In this document: positions 29,405 through 41,882 of the stretch, one piece after another
Numbering within the stretch: position 1 is the first letter of the stretch
Layout of the letters: every line of letters starts with the position of its first letter
Assembly: GCA_021738065.1 (NCBI GenBank)
Contig: JAIPCT010000003.1
Span: forward strand, 474 to 64,473
DNA length: 64,000 bases
Direction of reading: 5' to 3'
Origin: Burkholderiaceae bacterium
GTDB taxonomy: Bacteria; Pseudomonadota; Gammaproteobacteria; Burkholderiales; Rhodocyclaceae
Position numbers and translations under genes: made by a program
The notes under the pieces: generated by a model
Databases searched by the model: none
The model's input: the letters and a program-made list of their open reading frames with translations, nothing else
Told to the model about the DNA's origin: nothing

Positions 29405-30426
29405 TTCTTCTTCTCCAGTGCGGCCAGCCGCTGTTCGAGGGCCCGAATTTTATCGGCCATCGCGTCGAGATGGCGCAACCGGGAAAAATTTTTCAGCCAG
29501 CCGCCATGTTCGAGAAATGGAACCGCGCCACTATAGGTTCCCGCGTTCGGGATCGATTTCGCTACCAAAGTACCGGCTGAAACATTGACATCGTCCGCAA
29601 GGTGCAGGTGACCCAGGATCACCGCACCGCCACCTACGGTACACCGCTGGCCTATCACCGCACTACCTGCTATTCCGACACATCCGGCCATGGCGGTGTG
29701 TGCTCCGATCCGCACGTTGTGTCCCACCTGTATCTGATTGTCGAGCTTGACGCCGTCCGCAATGACTGTATCGCCCAAGGCACCGCGATCTATCGTGGTT
29801 CCTGCGCCGATCTCGACATCGTCACCGATCAGCACCCGTCCTATCTGGGGGATCTTGACCCAAGCACCCTCGGCTTCGCGAGCAAAGCCGAATCCATCGG
29901 TGCCAATTACCGCTCCCGAATGAAGCAGGCAGCGCGCGCCGATACGACTGCCTGAATAGACCGCGACATTGGCGGCAAGACGACTGTCGGAACCGATCTC
30001 GACATCCGCGGCGATACTGCAGTTGGCGCCAAGCACCACCCGCTCGCCAATCCTTGACCCCTCTCCGACCCAGACGTTTGGCCCGATGCTCGCCGTTGCG
30101 GCCACGTCGCCCTCGACCACGGCGCTGGGATGAATTCCCGGTTCCGCCCGGGGCGGCGGATTGATCAACTGCGCCACGCGGGCATAATAAAGATAGGGCT
30201 GTGGAGTTAGTATCGCCGCCGTCAGGCCGTCCACGGCCGGCCCGGCCATGATCACGGCCGCTGCGCGGGTTGTCTGCAACTGGTGGCGGTATTTTGGATT
30301 GGCCAGAAAGGCCAAATCTCCCGTGCCGGCACTTTCCAGCGTGGCAACATGCGACACCACCGTATCACCAGCGCCGACTATTTCTCCACCGAACCGGGCG
30401 ACGATCTGGTCGAGCCGCAGTTCCAC
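29401..30426 (-). CDS. lpxD: UDP-3-O-acyl-glucosamine N-acyltransferase
   Basis: [29 protein letters not shown]. Confidence 0.97.
   Translation of the reverse strand: MELRLDQIVARFGGEIVGAGDTVVSHVATLESAGTGDLAFLANPKYRHQLQTTRAAAVIMAGPAVDGLTAAILTPQPYLYYARVAQLINPPPRAEPGIHPSAVVEGDVAATASIGPNVWVGEGSRIGERVVLGANCSIAADVEIGSDSRLAANVAVYSGSRIGARCLLHSGAVIGTDGFGFAREAEGAWVKIPQIGRVLIGDDVEIGAGTTIDRGALGDTVIADGVKLDNQIQVGHNVRIGAHTAMAGCVGIAGSAVIGQRCTVGGGAVILGHLHLADDVNVSAGTLVAKSIPNAGTYSGAVPFLEHGGWLKNFSRLRHLDAMADKIRALEQRLAALEKKK
30358..30382 (-). repeat. Dispersed 25-bp motif, copy 9 (AATAGTCGGCGCTGGTGATACGGTG)
   Basis: Sense in lpxD, encodes IVGAGDTV. Confidence 0.8.
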
Positions 30427-30437
30427 GGCGAAAGGGG

Positions 30438-30938
30438 TTACTTGCCGCCGTCGCCCAGCGCCTTGATCACCTTGTCGGTGATGTCGATGCGGGGGTTGGC
30501 GTAGACCGCCTCCTGGAAAATGATGTCGTACTTTTCGGCCTCGGCGATCTGCTTGATGATCTTGTTCACGCGCTCGAATATCGCCGCCGTTTCCTCGTTC
30601 TGCCTTTGACTCAGGTCTTCACGAAACTCTCGCTGCTTGCGCTGAAAATCGCGATTGAGTTCCCCAAATTCACGTTCTTTGGCGCGGCGATCGCTTTCGC
30701 TCATGGTTACAGCATTCTTGTCCAGATTTTCCTGCAGTGCCTGCAATTGCTTGGAAAGACGCTGCAAATCCTGATCCCGCTTTTCAAAATCCTTCTCGAT
30801 CTTTTTCTTCGCACGAGCGGCCTGCGGCGCGTCGTTGAGGATTCTCTGGCTGTTGACGAAACCGATCTTGCTCTCGGCAAGAACGGCCGCGGAGACCGAC
30901 AACAAGACAAATCCCGCAATGAAATATTTCTTCAGCAT
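30438..30938 (-). CDS. skp: Periplasmic chaperone Skp/OmpH
   Basis: Signal peptide, KIGFVN, coiled coil, DITDKVIK; located between bamA and lpxD. Confidence 0.95.
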   Translation of the reverse strand: MLKKYFIAGFVLLSVSAAVLAESKIGFVNSQRILNDAPQAARAKKKIEKDFEKRDQDLQRLSKQLQALQENLDKNAVTMSESDRRAKEREFGELNRDFQRKQREFREDLSQRQNEETAAIFERVNKIIKQIAEAEKYDIIFQEAVYANPRIDITDKVIKALGDGGK

Positions 30939-30962
30939 AGCTCTCTCACTAGAAGGAAGGGG

Positions 30963-33305
30963 TCAGAACACCGAACCCATTTGAAACTGGAACCGCTGCA
31001 ATTTATCTTCGGGCTTTTTATTGAACGGATTGGCAAAGGAAAATTTCAGCGGACCCATTGGCGAATTCCAAGACAGCGCCACGCCACCACTGTACCGCAG
31101 GCTACCCAGACTGAACTTGCGATCATAGCCCCACACATTGCCTGCATCCAGGAATGCACTCAGGCGCATCGAGTTGTCACGTCCCATGCCGGGGACTGGA
31201 AACAACAGTTCGACGTTTCCAATCAGCCTCTTGTCGCCACCAACGGCCTCCCCGGTTGCCGCATCGCGCGGACCCAGGGAACCGGAATCGAAACCGCGCA
31301 CCGAACCGATGCCGCCAGCGTAATAGTTCTTGAAAAAGGGTAGTTCCTTGTTGCCGTAGGCCTTGGCCAAACCTATCTCCCCATTCAGCGCGAGCGTGAG
31401 CCTGCGATCCAGCGGGAAAAAATGCTGATGCTGATAAGTGGCGCGGGTATAGGTCGCCGTGCTGCCGGGCAGGGAAAGCTCAAGCACCGCGCGACGATAG
31501 ACGCCCTTGGTGGTGACCAGCAGACTGTCGCGTCCATCCTTTTGCCAGCCAAGCGTAGTCAGCAAGGTATTGCCCTTGGCGCCAAAGTCTCGAACATAGT
31601 CCTGATAGCGTTGCGGGCTAGTGGCGTCAACCTTGAGCGTGGTGCGATCAATAGCCAGACCGAAGTTGAGGAAGTCATCTTCCCCCACCGGAATTCCATA
31701 GCGCACGCCGCCACCGAGCGAGTCGGAGCCGAAGGCACCGACCGACAAGGTGCTGCTGTCGGTTTTACGGGAGTACACATCGAACCCCTGGCTAATCCCA
31801 TCGACCGTGAAGTAGGGATCGGTGTGCGACAAGGAGTAAACCTTGTTTGAACTGCTGGTGCTGACCTGGACCCCGACGTGTTTGCCGCTGCCGAACAGGT
31901 TCTGCTGTTGCACCGAGCCGGAAACCGTGAACCGTTCCGCGCTGGAGAAGCCGGCACCGAGCATGATGTTGCCAGTGGGCTTCTCCTTGACCTTGACTTC
32001 CATATCGACCTGATCGGTCGTTCCGACCACGGGCGGTGTTTCGACCGTTACTTCATCGAAATAGCCGAGCCGATCAACCCGGGTGCGTGACTTGTTGATT
32101 TTTTCGCCGTCGTACCAGGCGGACTCGGTTTGGCGCAACTCACGGCGAACAACTTCGTCACGCGTCCGCGTGTTGCCGGTTACATTGATACGGCGCACAT
32201 AGACACGGCGGCCCGGATCGATAAACACGGTGAACGCGACTTGACGCTTTTCCTTGTCCAGTTCCGGCGCTGCATTGACATTGGCAAACGCATAGCCGTC
32301 ATTGCCAAAACGCTCACTGATGGCTTTGGTGGTTTCAGTCATTTTCTCCCGCGAAAACACCTCACCGGGCTTGATCTGCACCAGCTTCGTCAACTCTTCT
32401 TCCGGCAACAGCAGTTGCCCGGCAAGTTTGACCGAGGAGACCGTATACCGCTCCCCTTCGTTGATGTTGATGGTGATGTAGATATCCTGCTTGTCCGGTG
32501 AAATCGATACCTGGGTCGACTCGATATTGAATTCGAGATATCCCCGATCAAGATAGTGGGAACGCAGCGTCTCCAGATCACCCGTTAGCTTCTGTTTGGA
32601 ATACTGATCGTTTTTGGTGTACCAAGTCAGCATTCCCGGCGTTCGCAACACCATCAGGTCAAGCAACTCGCTTTCCTTGACTGCAGCTGCGCCAATGATG
32701 TTGATCAGCTTTATCTTGGCAATATCGCCTTCAGCAACCGCAAAGCTTATCCCGACCCGATTGCGCTCCAGCGGTGTGATGGTCGTCGTCACTTGAACCG
32801 CATAGTAGCCCTGAGCAAGATACTGACGTTTGAGTTCCTGCTCGGCGCGCTCAACCAGCGCCCGGTCAAATATTCGTGATTCAGCGAGGCCGACTTCACG
32901 CAGCGACTTCTTGAGATCTTCCGGTTTGAAGGACTTGAGGCCACTGAACTCAAGCGAGGCGATAGCTGGACGCTCTTCCAGCACGACGACCAGAACGCCG
33001 CCGTCGATCTCGAGCCGCACGTCCTTGAAAAAACCGGTGGCGAACAAGGTCTTGATCGCCGCCGCGGCCTTTTCATCGTTCATTGTGTCGCCTACCTTGA
33101 CGGGAAGATAGGAGAAAACGGTCCCGGCCTCGGTGCGTTGAATGCCCTCGACACGAATATCCTTGATCTGGAACGGATCAAACGCAAACGCGGAGTGAAC
33201 CAGAAGCGCAGAAACCAGACCGGCAAATAGTTTTCTCGGTGCGCCTGCCGCGCTCAGCGCCGCTGAAACTTGCGTAAGCCTGCGCTGAAACTTGGTTTTC
33301 TTCAT
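30963..33305 (-). CDS. bamA: Outer membrane protein assembly factor BamA
   Basis: POTRA domains (DIRVEGIQR), VRGF motif, terminal Phe. Confidence 0.97.
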   Translation of the reverse strand: MKKTKFQRRLTQVSAALSAAGAPRKLFAGLVSALLVHSAFAFDPFQIKDIRVEGIQRTEAGTVFSYLPVKVGDTMNDEKAAAAIKTLFATGFFKDVRLEIDGGVLVVVLEERPAIASLEFSGLKSFKPEDLKKSLREVGLAESRIFDRALVERAEQELKRQYLAQGYYAVQVTTTITPLERNRVGISFAVAEGDIAKIKLINIIGAAAVKESELLDLMVLRTPGMLTWYTKNDQYSKQKLTGDLETLRSHYLDRGYLEFNIESTQVSISPDKQDIYITININEGERYTVSSVKLAGQLLLPEEELTKLVQIKPGEVFSREKMTETTKAISERFGNDGYAFANVNAAPELDKEKRQVAFTVFIDPGRRVYVRRINVTGNTRTRDEVVRRELRQTESAWYDGEKINKSRTRVDRLGYFDEVTVETPPVVGTTDQVDMEVKVKEKPTGNIMLGAGFSSAERFTVSGSVQQQNLFGSGKHVGVQVSTSSSNKVYSLSHTDPYFTVDGISQGFDVYSRKTDSSTLSVGAFGSDSLGGGVRYGIPVGEDDFLNFGLAIDRTTLKVDATSPQRYQDYVRDFGAKGNTLLTTLGWQKDGRDSLLVTTKGVYRRAVLELSLPGSTATYTRATYQHQHFFPLDRRLTLALNGEIGLAKAYGNKELPFFKNYYAGGIGSVRGFDSGSLGPRDAATGEAVGGDKRLIGNVELLFPVPGMGRDNSMRLSAFLDAGNVWGYDRKFSLGSLRYSGGVALSWNSPMGPLKFSFANPFNKKPEDKLQRFQFQMGSVF

Positions 33306-33320
33306 GTGTTTGGACGAAAA

Positions 33321-34694
33321 TTAGCCAGAAACAAGACGGTTGATATCATTGTAGAAGGCAAAAGCCATCAGCAGCGCCAGCAAGGCGAAACCGATCTGTT
33401 GGCCGATTTCCAGAACCCGTTCTGACACCGGGCCTCCCTTGAGAAACTCCACAAGATAATACATCAAATGCCCGCCATCCAGAACAGGCACCGGGAGCAG
33501 ATTGAGGACTCCGAGACTGATGCTGATCAGGGCAAGAAACCGCAAGTAATAGCTTGGCCCCAGACGCGCGGATTGACCCGCATAATCGGCGATGGTCACC
33601 GGTCCCGAGAGGTTTTTCCACGACAACTCTCCGGTGAGCATACGGCCCATCATACGCAGACTGAGTATTGACGTTTCCCAGGTTTGGTCCAGCGCGCGAG
33701 CGATCGATTCAACCGGACCGTAGGTAACGACAGTCGTCATCTCGAACTCTTCGCCGTGGCCCTCGCTTGCCATCAATCCCAGCCGTCCGATGGTGCGCCC
33801 GCCCTCGTCCACAACTTGAGGAACCGCAGTCAGACCGATCCGCATGCCGGCACGGTCGATCTGGACAGCCAGGGATCGCCCCGGCGAAGCCCGCGCGACG
33901 GACGCCAATTCGGCCCATTCCGTGATGGCCTTTTCATCGATCGACAGCACCCGGTCACCGTTTCGAAAACCGGCCAATTCAGCTGCCGAATCCGGCTGTA
34001 CGCTACCGACCACCGCGGGCAGGCGCGGCCGGAAAAGCACCAGCCCGAGAGCCCGCAGTTGATCGGATTCCAGTTTTTCCAGATCGAAGAGATCGCTGTC
34101 AAGTCGGCGAACGCTTATCTCGTGTTGCGGACTGATCACTTCAAGTTGCAAGGCTTCCTTGTCGAGGGCACGACTGATCACTTCCCAGCGCATTTGCTGC
34201 CAGGTTGCGATCGCTTTTCCATTCACCGCGCGCACCGTCTCGCCTTCGCGCACGCCCGCTACTGCGGCCGGCGTGCCAACGGGTGGTGGCCCGAGACGCG
34301 GCTTGAGTTCGGCAATGCCGTGCATGAAAAGCAACCAGTAGAGCAGAATCGCCAACAGAAAGTTGGCGGCGGGACCGGCGGCCACGATAAAGGCGCGGCG
34401 CCCGACCGTTTGTCGATTGAAGGCACGATGGAGTTCCTCGGCGGGAACCTCACCCTCCCGCTCGTCGAGCATTTTGACATAGCCGCCCAAGGGAAAAGCG
34501 GAGACCGCCCATTCGGTATTGTCTTTGCCAAAGCGCTTCATCATGAGCACTTTGCCGAAACCAAATGCAAAGCGCAGCACCTTGACGTTGCATGCACGCG
34601 CGGCAAGATAGTGACCCAATTCGTGCACCACAACCAGTATGGCCAGCGCGAGAAGAAACGCCCCCGCATATACCATGGTCAGTTGGAAGTTCAT
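33321..34694 (-). CDS. rseP: Intramembrane zinc metalloprotease RseP
   Basis: HELGH, two PDZ domains, [11 protein letters not shown]. Confidence 0.97.
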   Translation of the reverse strand: MNFQLTMVYAGAFLLALAILVVVHELGHYLAARACNVKVLRFAFGFGKVLMMKRFGKDNTEWAVSAFPLGGYVKMLDEREGEVPAEELHRAFNRQTVGRRAFIVAAGPAANFLLAILLYWLLFMHGIAELKPRLGPPPVGTPAAVAGVREGETVRAVNGKAIATWQQMRWEVISRALDKEALQLEVISPQHEISVRRLDSDLFDLEKLESDQLRALGLVLFRPRLPAVVGSVQPDSAAELAGFRNGDRVLSIDEKAITEWAELASVARASPGRSLAVQIDRAGMRIGLTAVPQVVDEGGRTIGRLGLMASEGHGEEFEMTTVVTYGPVESIARALDQTWETSILSLRMMGRMLTGELSWKNLSGPVTIADYAGQSARLGPSYYLRFLALISISLGVLNLLPVPVLDGGHLMYYLVEFLKGGPVSERVLEIGQQIGFALLALLMAFAFYNDINRLVSG

Positions 34695-35878
34695 CCGGAT
34701 GGTTTGCCCAAGCGCTTGAGAAGCGCTGTTGCCACGTCCCGGCCTTGGCGATCGGCCTCCAGCACGCCATCCAGATCGGAGACCGACGCTTGAGGTACGA
34801 CGTCCAGCGTGGCGGCAATCAAATCGCCAATACCCGGAAACGGAAGATAGCCATCAAGAAATGCGCTGACTGCAATCTCGTTTGCCGCGTTCAGCACGGC
34901 GGCGGCATTGCCTTCGGCTCGCAGTGCGCGATAGGCCAGCTCGAGACAGGGAAAGCGCTCCAAATCCGGCCGCTCAAAGTTGAGCTGCCCGATCGCACAA
35001 AGATCAAGTGCCGCTACACCGGAGTCGATACGTTCCGGCCAGGCCAGCGCATGCGCGATCGGTGTCCGCATATCAGGATTGCCGAGCTGCGCAAGTACCG
35101 ATCCATCTTCGTAGTCCACGAGAGAATGAATCACGCTCTGCGGATGGATGACCACCTCGATCCTGTCGGCCGGCGCATTGAACAACCAATGCGCCTCGAT
35201 GACCTCAAGGCCCTTGTTCATCATGGTGGCCGAGTCGACCGAAATCTTCCTGCCCATTGACCAGTTGGGATGCGCAACGGCCTGTTCCGGGGTTACACCA
35301 AGAAGCTGCTCGAGCGGCGTGCAGCGAAACGGCCCTCCCGACGCGGTCAGCAAGACGCGTCGCACGCCGCCTCGCGTCATGTCGCCCGCATAGTTGTGCG
35401 GCATCGACTGGAAAACCGCATTGTGTTCGCTGTCGATCGGCAGCAACAGTGCACCTGCGCGGCGCACTGCGCCCATGAATACCGCGCCGGCCATGACCAG
35501 CGCTTCCTTGTTCGCCAGCAATATCCGTTTACCCGCACTCGCGGCAGCCAGTGTCGGCTGAAGGCCTGCGGCACCTACAATGGCAGCCATCACGGCATCG
35601 ACTTCGGGCAAACTCGCGATCTGAATCAGGGCCTGCTCACCGTGAAGAACTTCAGTCGGCGTCCCGGTTTTTTTGAGCAAGGCGGCAAGCCGCTTTGCAT
35701 CCTCGCCGCTGCCGACGACTGCACACGACGGCCGGAACTTGCTGCATTGGGCAGCCAGAACCTCAACTTGACGATGCCCGCTCAGGGCCACCACTTCAAA
35801 ACGATCCGGATGCCGCGCCACCACGTCAAGAGTGCTGACGCCTATCGAACCGGTGGCACCCAGAATGGTCAGCTTCAT
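34691..35878 (-). CDS. dxr: 1-deoxy-D-xylulose-5-phosphate reductoisomerase
   Basis: [26 protein letters not shown]. Confidence 0.97.
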   Translation of the reverse strand: MKLTILGATGSIGVSTLDVVARHPDRFEVVALSGHRQVEVLAAQCSKFRPSCAVVGSGEDAKRLAALLKKTGTPTEVLHGEQALIQIASLPEVDAVMAAIVGAAGLQPTLAAASAGKRILLANKEALVMAGAVFMGAVRRAGALLLPIDSEHNAVFQSMPHNYAGDMTRGGVRRVLLTASGGPFRCTPLEQLLGVTPEQAVAHPNWSMGRKISVDSATMMNKGLEVIEAHWLFNAPADRIEVVIHPQSVIHSLVDYEDGSVLAQLGNPDMRTPIAHALAWPERIDSGVAALDLCAIGQLNFERPDLERFPCLELAYRALRAEGNAAAVLNAANEIAVSAFLDGYLPFPGIGDLIAATLDVVPQASVSDLDGVLEADRQGRDVATALLKRLGKPSG

Positions 35879-36678
35879 GATTGGACGAAATACAGAATCA
35901 ACGCGGCCAGCGGCAGTGTCGAGGTTAGCGCGTCGATGCGATCCAGCACACCACCATGCCCCGGCAACAGGTTGCTGCTGTCCTTGATGCCGGCCTGACG
36001 TTTCAGCAGCGATTCAAACAAGTCACCCATGACGCTTGCCGCCGTCAGCAGGACCAGCATCAATGTCAGCAGCGGAACGGATAGCAACAGCTTTCCGGCC
36101 ATCGACGAAAAAGACAGCACAATGGCTCCATAAATGAGGACACCGACCATCGCTCCGGCAACGCCTTCCCAGGTTTTTCCGGGGCTGATTGATGGCGCGA
36201 GTTTATGCTTGCCGAACGTCCGGCCGGCAAAATAGGCGGCAATATCCGCAACCCAAACCAGGCCCATCGCAGCCAGCATCAACCAAGTGTCGACGGCATT
36301 CAAAGCCACCATTGCGGCCCAGGTCGGAAGAATCACCAAAGCACCAAGCAGGTAGCCGAAAAAGTCGTTGCCGGACAAACGCCATTTGAAACGAAACCAG
36401 AACGGGACCACCAATATCCAGAAGGCGGCGGAAATAGCCAAAAGCACCGGCACGACTTCCGGTGCTCCCACCGTTAACTGCCAGCAAAACAGCAGTATCA
36501 CGAACGCATACATCATCCGCGCCGGCTGATCCTGCTTCATCAGGCCGCCCCACTCCCATCCGGCGATCGCCGCAATCGAGGCAAAGGCCAGGGCCGCCGC
36601 CAGTGGTGGCATGGCAAATAGAATCAGCGCGAGGCCGGTAATCAGCAGCAGTGCGGTAATGATCCGCTGCTTAAGCAT
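35875..36678 (-). CDS. cdsA: Phosphatidate cytidylyltransferase
   Basis: Start MLKQRIITA; [29 protein letters not shown]. Confidence 0.96.
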   Translation of the reverse strand: MLKQRIITALLLITGLALILFAMPPLAAALAFASIAAIAGWEWGGLMKQDQPARMMYAFVILLFCWQLTVGAPEVVPVLLAISAAFWILVVPFWFRFKWRLSGNDFFGYLLGALVILPTWAAMVALNAVDTWLMLAAMGLVWVADIAAYFAGRTFGKHKLAPSISPGKTWEGVAGAMVGVLIYGAIVLSFSSMAGKLLLSVPLLTLMLVLLTAASVMGDLFESLLKRQAGIKDSSNLLPGHGGVLDRIDALTSTLPLAALILYFVQS

Positions 36679-37483
36679 TTCGATCCGTGGTTGGCGACAA
36701 TTTTGTCGGCGCTGGCGATACGGCGATTTTGGGCTCCAACAACTGTTCGCTGGTCCGACCGAAACGTCGTTCCCGCTGGCGATACGAAGCAATTGCCAGA
36801 TCCAGCGCGGCATCGTCGAAATCCGGCCATAGCGTGTCGGTGAAATGCAATTCGCTGTAAGCCAGTTGCCAGAGCAGAAAGTTGCTGATGCGCTGTTCGC
36901 CGCCGGTACGAATGAAGAGGTCGGGTTCGGGTGCATAAGCCAGCAGCAGATGCGGCGCCAAATCAGTCTCGCCAAAGCAACCCGCCTTCTCCGGATGCGC
37001 CAGTGCCAGCTGATTGACCGCTTGAAGAATGTCGGCGCGACCGCCATAGTTGGCGGCGATGGTGAGCGTCAAGCGAGAATTGTTGGCGGTTTTCGCCTCC
37101 CCTTCGCGAATAAGCGCGAGCAATCGCGGTTCAAAGGCGGAGAGATCGCCAACGACCTTGAGTCGGACGTCGTTGACGTGCAGTTTGTCGATCTCGCCCT
37201 GCAAGGCGCCGACAAACAGACCGAGGAGGAAAGAGACTTCTTCGGCGGGGCGACGCCAGTTTTCTGAAGAAAACGCGAACAGGGTCAGGTATTCGACGCC
37301 GCGCGCGATGCAGGCCTTGACCATCGCCCGCACGGTCTCGAGACCGCGTTTGTGACCGGCAACACGCGGCATGTAGCGCTTCCTGGCCCACCGTCCGTTG
37401 CCATCCATGATGATGGCGATGTGGCGCGGAACGCCTGCTACCTTGGGTATTGCCTGTGTCGAGCTGGTGAATTTTCCTGCCAT
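36671..37483 (-). CDS. uppS: Undecaprenyl diphosphate synthase
   Basis: [33 protein letters not shown]. Confidence 0.97.
   Translation of the reverse strand: MAGKFTSSTQAIPKVAGVPRHIAIIMDGNGRWARKRYMPRVAGHKRGLETVRAMVKACIARGVEYLTLFAFSSENWRRPAEEVSFLLGLFVGALQGEIDKLHVNDVRLKVVGDLSAFEPRLLALIREGEAKTANNSRLTLTIAANYGGRADILQAVNQLALAHPEKAGCFGETDLAPHLLLAYAPEPDLFIRTGGEQRISNFLLWQLAYSELHFTDTLWPDFDDAALDLAIASYRQRERRFGRTSEQLLEPKIAVSPAPTKLSPTTDRNA
36701..36725 (+). repeat. Dispersed 25-bp motif, copy 10 (TTTTGTCGGCGCTGGCGATACGGCG)
   Basis: Antisense in the uppS C-terminal tail, encodes AVSPAPTK; A-tract replaced by a T-tract. Confidence 0.8.
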
Positions 37484-37600
37484 GCTCCTCCCCTCAGGTG
37501 ATCGATTCGTGCCGCATTGCCTTCATGAACCGGCAAGACGTCGCCATGCCAACCGATGCTTCGTGCCCAACATTTGCTCCTTGTTCGGGCTCGAGTCAAA

Positions 37601-38158
37601 TCAGATCGCCATCAAGTCCTTTTCCTTTTCGGCCAATGCCCTATCGACTTCCGCAACATAGCGATCCGTCAGCTTCTGGATGTCATCCTGGGCACGACGC
37701 TCATCGTCCTCGGAAATTTCCTTCTTTTTCACGGCGTCTTTCAGATGGGAAATTGCATCGCGACGTAGGTTGCGAATTGCCACCTTGGCGTTTTCGCCCT
37801 CGTGCTTGATGACTTTGATCAGATCGCGACGCCTCTCCTCGGTCAAGGACGGCATCGGCACGCGAATCAGTTCGCCTTGGGAAGATGGATTGAGTCCGAG
37901 ATCGGAGTCCCGGATGGCTTTTTCCACCTTCGCCACCATCGGCTTTTCCCACGGCTGCACACCAATGGTGCGCGCGTCGATCAGCGTCACATTGGCCACT
38001 TGGGTAATGGCTACCTGGGAACCATAGTAGTCAACCTGCACGTGGTCGAGTATGCCGGTATGCGCACGTCCCGTGCGCACCTTGGCAAGGTCAGCCTTGA
38101 GTGCCTCAAGGCTCTTCTGCATCTTCTGTTCAGACGTCTTTTTCAGTTCGGGAATCAT
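37601..38158 (-). CDS. frr: Ribosome recycling factor
   Basis: VRTGRA, LGLNP, LTEERR. Confidence 0.97.
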   Translation of the reverse strand: MIPELKKTSEQKMQKSLEALKADLAKVRTGRAHTGILDHVQVDYYGSQVAITQVANVTLIDARTIGVQPWEKPMVAKVEKAIRDSDLGLNPSSQGELIRVPMPSLTEERRRDLIKVIKHEGENAKVAIRNLRRDAISHLKDAVKKKEISEDDERRAQDDIQKLTDRYVAEVDRALAEKEKDLMAI

Positions 38159-38175
38159 GTCCCCCTCCTAAAGTC

Positions 38176-38898
38176 TTAAACGTGAACCAGTGTGCCCTCG
38201 TCCTCTCCCAATACCACACGCTTCAGGGCGCCTGTCTTGAAGATCGAAAACACGTTGATTGGCAGCTTCTGGTCGCGGCACAGCGCAAATGCGGTGGCGT
38301 CCATCACCGCCAGATTGCGGCTGATCGCCTCATCAAAACTGATGCGGGTAAATCGGGTAGCCGCAGGATCCTTCTTCGGGTCGGCGGTGTAAATACCGTC
38401 GACCTTGGTCGCCTTCAGAACGATGTCCGCGTCGATTTCCGACCCACGCAAGGCTGCCGCGGTATCGGTCGTGAAAAACGGGCTGCCGGTACCGGCGGCA
38501 AAAATCACCACCTTGCCTTCTTCCAGATAGCGAATTGCTTTGCCGCGGATATAGGGCTCAACCACTTGTTCGATATTAAGCGCCGATTGGACTCGGGCAT
38601 TGATATCAGCCTGCCGCATTGCGTCCGCCAGCGCCATGGCATTCATGACTGTCGCCAGCATGCCCATGTAGTCTGCCGTCGCACGATCCATACCCGTGGC
38701 CGTACCTGCCATGCCGCGAAAAATATTGCCACCGCCGATCACCACGCCAATTTCGACACCGAGATCGACCACCGCCTTGATCTCCCCGACGATACTGCCG
38801 ATCATGGCCGTATTGATGCCGTAGGCATCATCACCCATCAAGGCCTCGCCTGACAGCTTTAGCAGAATGCGGCGAAACTTTGGAGCAGTTGCGGTCAT
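38176..38898 (-). CDS. pyrH: UMP kinase
   Basis: [27 protein letters not shown]. Confidence 0.97.
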   Translation of the reverse strand: MTATAPKFRRILLKLSGEALMGDDAYGINTAMIGSIVGEIKAVVDLGVEIGVVIGGGNIFRGMAGTATGMDRATADYMGMLATVMNAMALADAMRQADINARVQSALNIEQVVEPYIRGKAIRYLEEGKVVIFAAGTGSPFFTTDTAAALRGSEIDADIVLKATKVDGIYTADPKKDPAATRFTRISFDEAISRNLAVMDATAFALCRDQKLPINVFSIFKTGALKRVVLGEDEGTLVHV

Positions 38899-38916
38899 TG
38901 CCGGCTCTCGGGGGGC

Positions 38917-39816
38917 TTACTTGTTGCCGGCAGCGGCGGCAGCTTGTGCTGCAACTTCCGCGGCAAAATCATTCACCTTTTTCTCGATGCCTTCGCCGAC
39001 GATATACAGCGCAAAGCTGGCAACCGACGCTCCCTTTGCCTTCAGCAACTGCTCGATGGTCTGCTTGCCATCTTCTGCCTTGACGAAAACCTGGCCCAGC
39101 AGCGTCACATCTTTCAGATACTTCTGCACCGTGCCTTCAGCGATTTTCTCCAGCATGGCCTCCGGCTTGCCTGCCTCGCGCGCCTTTTCAATGGCGATGC
39201 GCCGCTCGGTATCCAGCAATTCAGCCGAAACGCCTGTCGAATCCAGAGATTTTGGCTTTGATGCAGCGATATGCATGGCCAGATCCTTCGCCAACTGCTC
39301 ATCGCCACCGATCACATCGACCAGGACACCGATCTTCGATCCGCCGTGTATATAGGATGCCAGCTTGCCTTTTGCCTCAATGCGTTCAAAGCGACGCAGA
39401 CTCATGTTCTCGCCGATTTTCCCCACCAGCGCCGCACGCGTCGACTCGACGGTGCCATCGCCCAAGGGCAACATCGACAACGCTGCTACATCGACTGGAT
39501 TCCTGTCAGCCACTAGACTCGCACAATCGGCCGCCAGCTTGAGGAACTCATCGTTTTTGGCAACAAAATCGGTTTCGCTGTTTATCTCGAGAAGGCTTCC
39601 CAGTTTGCCGTCGGCCGCGATATGAATCGCGACGACGCCTTCGGCCGCAATGCGAGCCGCTGCCTTGCTGGCCTTGTTGCCCAGTTTGACGCGCAGTATC
39701 TCCTCGGCTTTGCTCAGGTCGCCTTCAGCCTCAATCAGCGCCTTCTTGCATTCCATCATTGGCGCGTCGGTTTTCTCGCGCAATTCCTTGACCATGCTTG
39801 CGGTAATGTCCGCCAT
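38917..39816 (-). CDS. tsf: Elongation factor Ts
   Basis: [24 protein letters not shown]. Confidence 0.97.
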   Translation of the reverse strand: MADITASMVKELREKTDAPMMECKKALIEAEGDLSKAEEILRVKLGNKASKAAARIAAEGVVAIHIAADGKLGSLLEINSETDFVAKNDEFLKLAADCASLVADRNPVDVAALSMLPLGDGTVESTRAALVGKIGENMSLRRFERIEAKGKLASYIHGGSKIGVLVDVIGGDEQLAKDLAMHIAASKPKSLDSTGVSAELLDTERRIAIEKAREAGKPEAMLEKIAEGTVQKYLKDVTLLGQVFVKAEDGKQTIEQLLKAKGASVASFALYIVGEGIEKKVNDFAAEVAAQAAAAAGNK

Positions 39817-39908
39817 TTTTTGCTCCAAAATCGAAATTACCCACCACGGCAATACCACGCGACACCGCGATGCTCGCGCTGCCGTGGTATCCGCAGTGAT
39901 TGAAAGTC

Positions 39909-40658
39909 TTACTCGGCTGCATCCTCGACTTCGACGAACTCGTCATCGCCGGCCAACTGCTGCACAACTTCGTTGATTGACTGGCTCTTGCCTTCCAGGA
40001 TGGCATCGGCAACGCCGCGGGCATAGAGGCGGATCGCGCCGGAGGAGTCGTCATTTCCCGGAATCACATAGCTGACGCCGTCGGGAGAATGGTTGGTATC
40101 CACCACGCCGATCACGGGAATGCCCAGTTTGCTCGCTTCGGTGATGGCGATCTTGTGGTAGCCGACATCGATGATGAAAATAGCGTCGGGCAAACCACCC
40201 ATATCCTTGATGCCGCCAATGGACTTTCTCAGCTTGTCCATTTCACGTTGCAGCGTCAGGCCTTCCTTTTTCGAAAGCTTCTCGAACTTGCCCTCGTCCA
40301 TGGCCTGTTCCAGATCCTTCAGGCGCTTGACGGACAGCTTGAGTGTCTTGAAATTGGTCATCATGCCGCCGAGCCAACGATCGTCGACGAACGGCATGCC
40401 GCAGCGCTGGGCTTCCTCGGCGATGATCTCGCGCGCCTGGCGCTTGGTGCTGACAAAAAGAATGGTGCCCTTCTTGCCCGCCATCTTTTTCACGAATGCC
40501 ATGGCTTCCTGATACTTGGCCAGGGTCGTTTCGAGGTTGATGATGTGAATCTTGTTGCGATGACCGAATATGTAGGGGGCCATCTTGGGGTTCCAGAAGC
40601 GGGTCTGGTGGCCGAAGTGAACTCCCGCCTCCAGCATCTGGCGCATGGTTGTGCTCAT
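39909..40658 (-). CDS. rpsB: 30S ribosomal protein S2
   Basis: [24 protein letters not shown]. Confidence 0.98.
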   Translation of the reverse strand: MSTTMRQMLEAGVHFGHQTRFWNPKMAPYIFGHRNKIHIINLETTLAKYQEAMAFVKKMAGKKGTILFVSTKRQAREIIAEEAQRCGMPFVDDRWLGGMMTNFKTLKLSVKRLKDLEQAMDEGKFEKLSKKEGLTLQREMDKLRKSIGGIKDMGGLPDAIFIIDVGYHKIAITEASKLGIPVIGVVDTNHSPDGVSYVIPGNDDSSGAIRLYARGVADAILEGKSQSINEVVQQLAGDDEFVEVEDAAE

Positions 40659-40674
40659 AGAACTATCTCCGATA

Positions 40675-40760
40675 TGGGTTAAACCTCCGCCTGGCCGTGC
40701 TGCTTTCTGCTGAAATGATGCAGAAAGCCACCCTATCGGCGCCGGGCGTGTGGATTTTTG
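40675..40760 (-). ncRNA. rpsB 5' leader (t44/S2 autoregulatory element)
   Basis: Minus strand CCACACGCC...AGGGTGGC...hairpin...GGAGGTTTAACCC directly upstream of rpsB, resembling the E. coli S2 leader; TATAAT at 40788-40793. Confidence 0.65.
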
Positions 40761-40960
40761 TCCGGGACACTCCCAGACAAGTCGGCGATTATAGCCGGGT
40801 CTTACGATCCGGCACAAGCCATAACAGTGTTTTCTGGCCGGGATTCAGCTGGATTCCTCTGAATCAGGCTAGACTATGCCATTCGGCATAGTTGCGCACA
40901 AAGATAAAGCCGATCGAGTTCAGATCTCTCCAGCAGATCAACCTTGAGGAGATTTAGTCT

Positions 40961-41722
40961 GTGAGCCTTTTTGCCATGAATCGGCTGGTTGCCGGCAGCT
41001 ACGAAGTTGAACATCAGTTTCTGAGCCGCGCTCCGCTGGATCGCTTCGATCCGTCACGGACCAGCGTTTCTCCTGAAATCAGGAAGGCAATCATCGAGGT
41101 TTTGCCGATCGAAGCCATCGTGCTCACAGTCGATATCCGGCGCTCATCCTGTGTTCTAAAGGAATCCATCGACATTCCTCAATACGCAAGAACACTCGAT
41201 GACTTCATCGCCGAGTTCCGTACCGTTTTGCACTATCACGGCGGCTGGTTCGACAAATTCACAGGCGACGGATTTATCTGCTACTGGCTGGTGGAAGATG
41301 CGTTTGCCGAGCGAATGGACACCGTTCTCGATTTTTGCTGTTCCGTGATGGACAATTTCCGCAGCTACTATTACCCAGCATTTGTAGCCAACATGCGCAA
41401 TGAACCGTCGGGAATCGGACTGTCCATCGGAATCGATGCCGGTCCATGTTACTTGACGCCGATTGTCGGTGATTTGACCATCATTGGATCTCCCATTGTG
41501 GGCTCGGTGAGAATGTGCTCCACTTGTCCGCCCTACCATCTGACGCTCAATGCCTACCCGGGAAGCCGCCTTTTGGAGGGAACGAAGACCATCTGTGGCC
41601 GCCTTTCGGATGATCTTGCCTATCAGGTCGAGTCCATATCAATTGAAACCAAGGAATATCCACAGGGACAGGTAGCCTACGCCGTGGAGTTCTTCAGAAA
41701 GGGCCAGCGCCTGTTCTTTTAG
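40961..41722 (+). CDS. Stand-alone class III nucleotidyl (adenylate/guanylate) cyclase domain protein
   Basis: VLTVDIRRSS, FDKFTGDG, LSIGIDAG, LTIIG...R; GAGGAG RBS upstream of the GTG start. Confidence 0.8.
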   Translation: MSLFAMNRLVAGSYEVEHQFLSRAPLDRFDPSRTSVSPEIRKAIIEVLPIEAIVLTVDIRRSSCVLKESIDIPQYARTLDDFIAEFRTVLHYHGGWFDKFTGDGFICYWLVEDAFAERMDTVLDFCCSVMDNFRSYYYPAFVANMRNEPSGIGLSIGIDAGPCYLTPIVGDLTIIGSPIVGSVRMCSTCPPYHLTLNAYPGSRLLEGTKTICGRLSDDLAYQVESISIETKEYPQGQVAYAVEFFRKGQRLFF

Positions 41723-41882
41723 CGGGCGGTGGAGCGGCGCATACACAGCAGCAAAGACCGGGCTCAAGTGCGGCAAGGATTCCGCGTGGCGAGCGTCGCC
41801 CCGGAGTGACCCGGCCGCCGACTTCCGGCGGTAGCGGCCTGCGGGTAAAATGAAGCGCCCCAACCCCGTCCGGCAATCCTCA

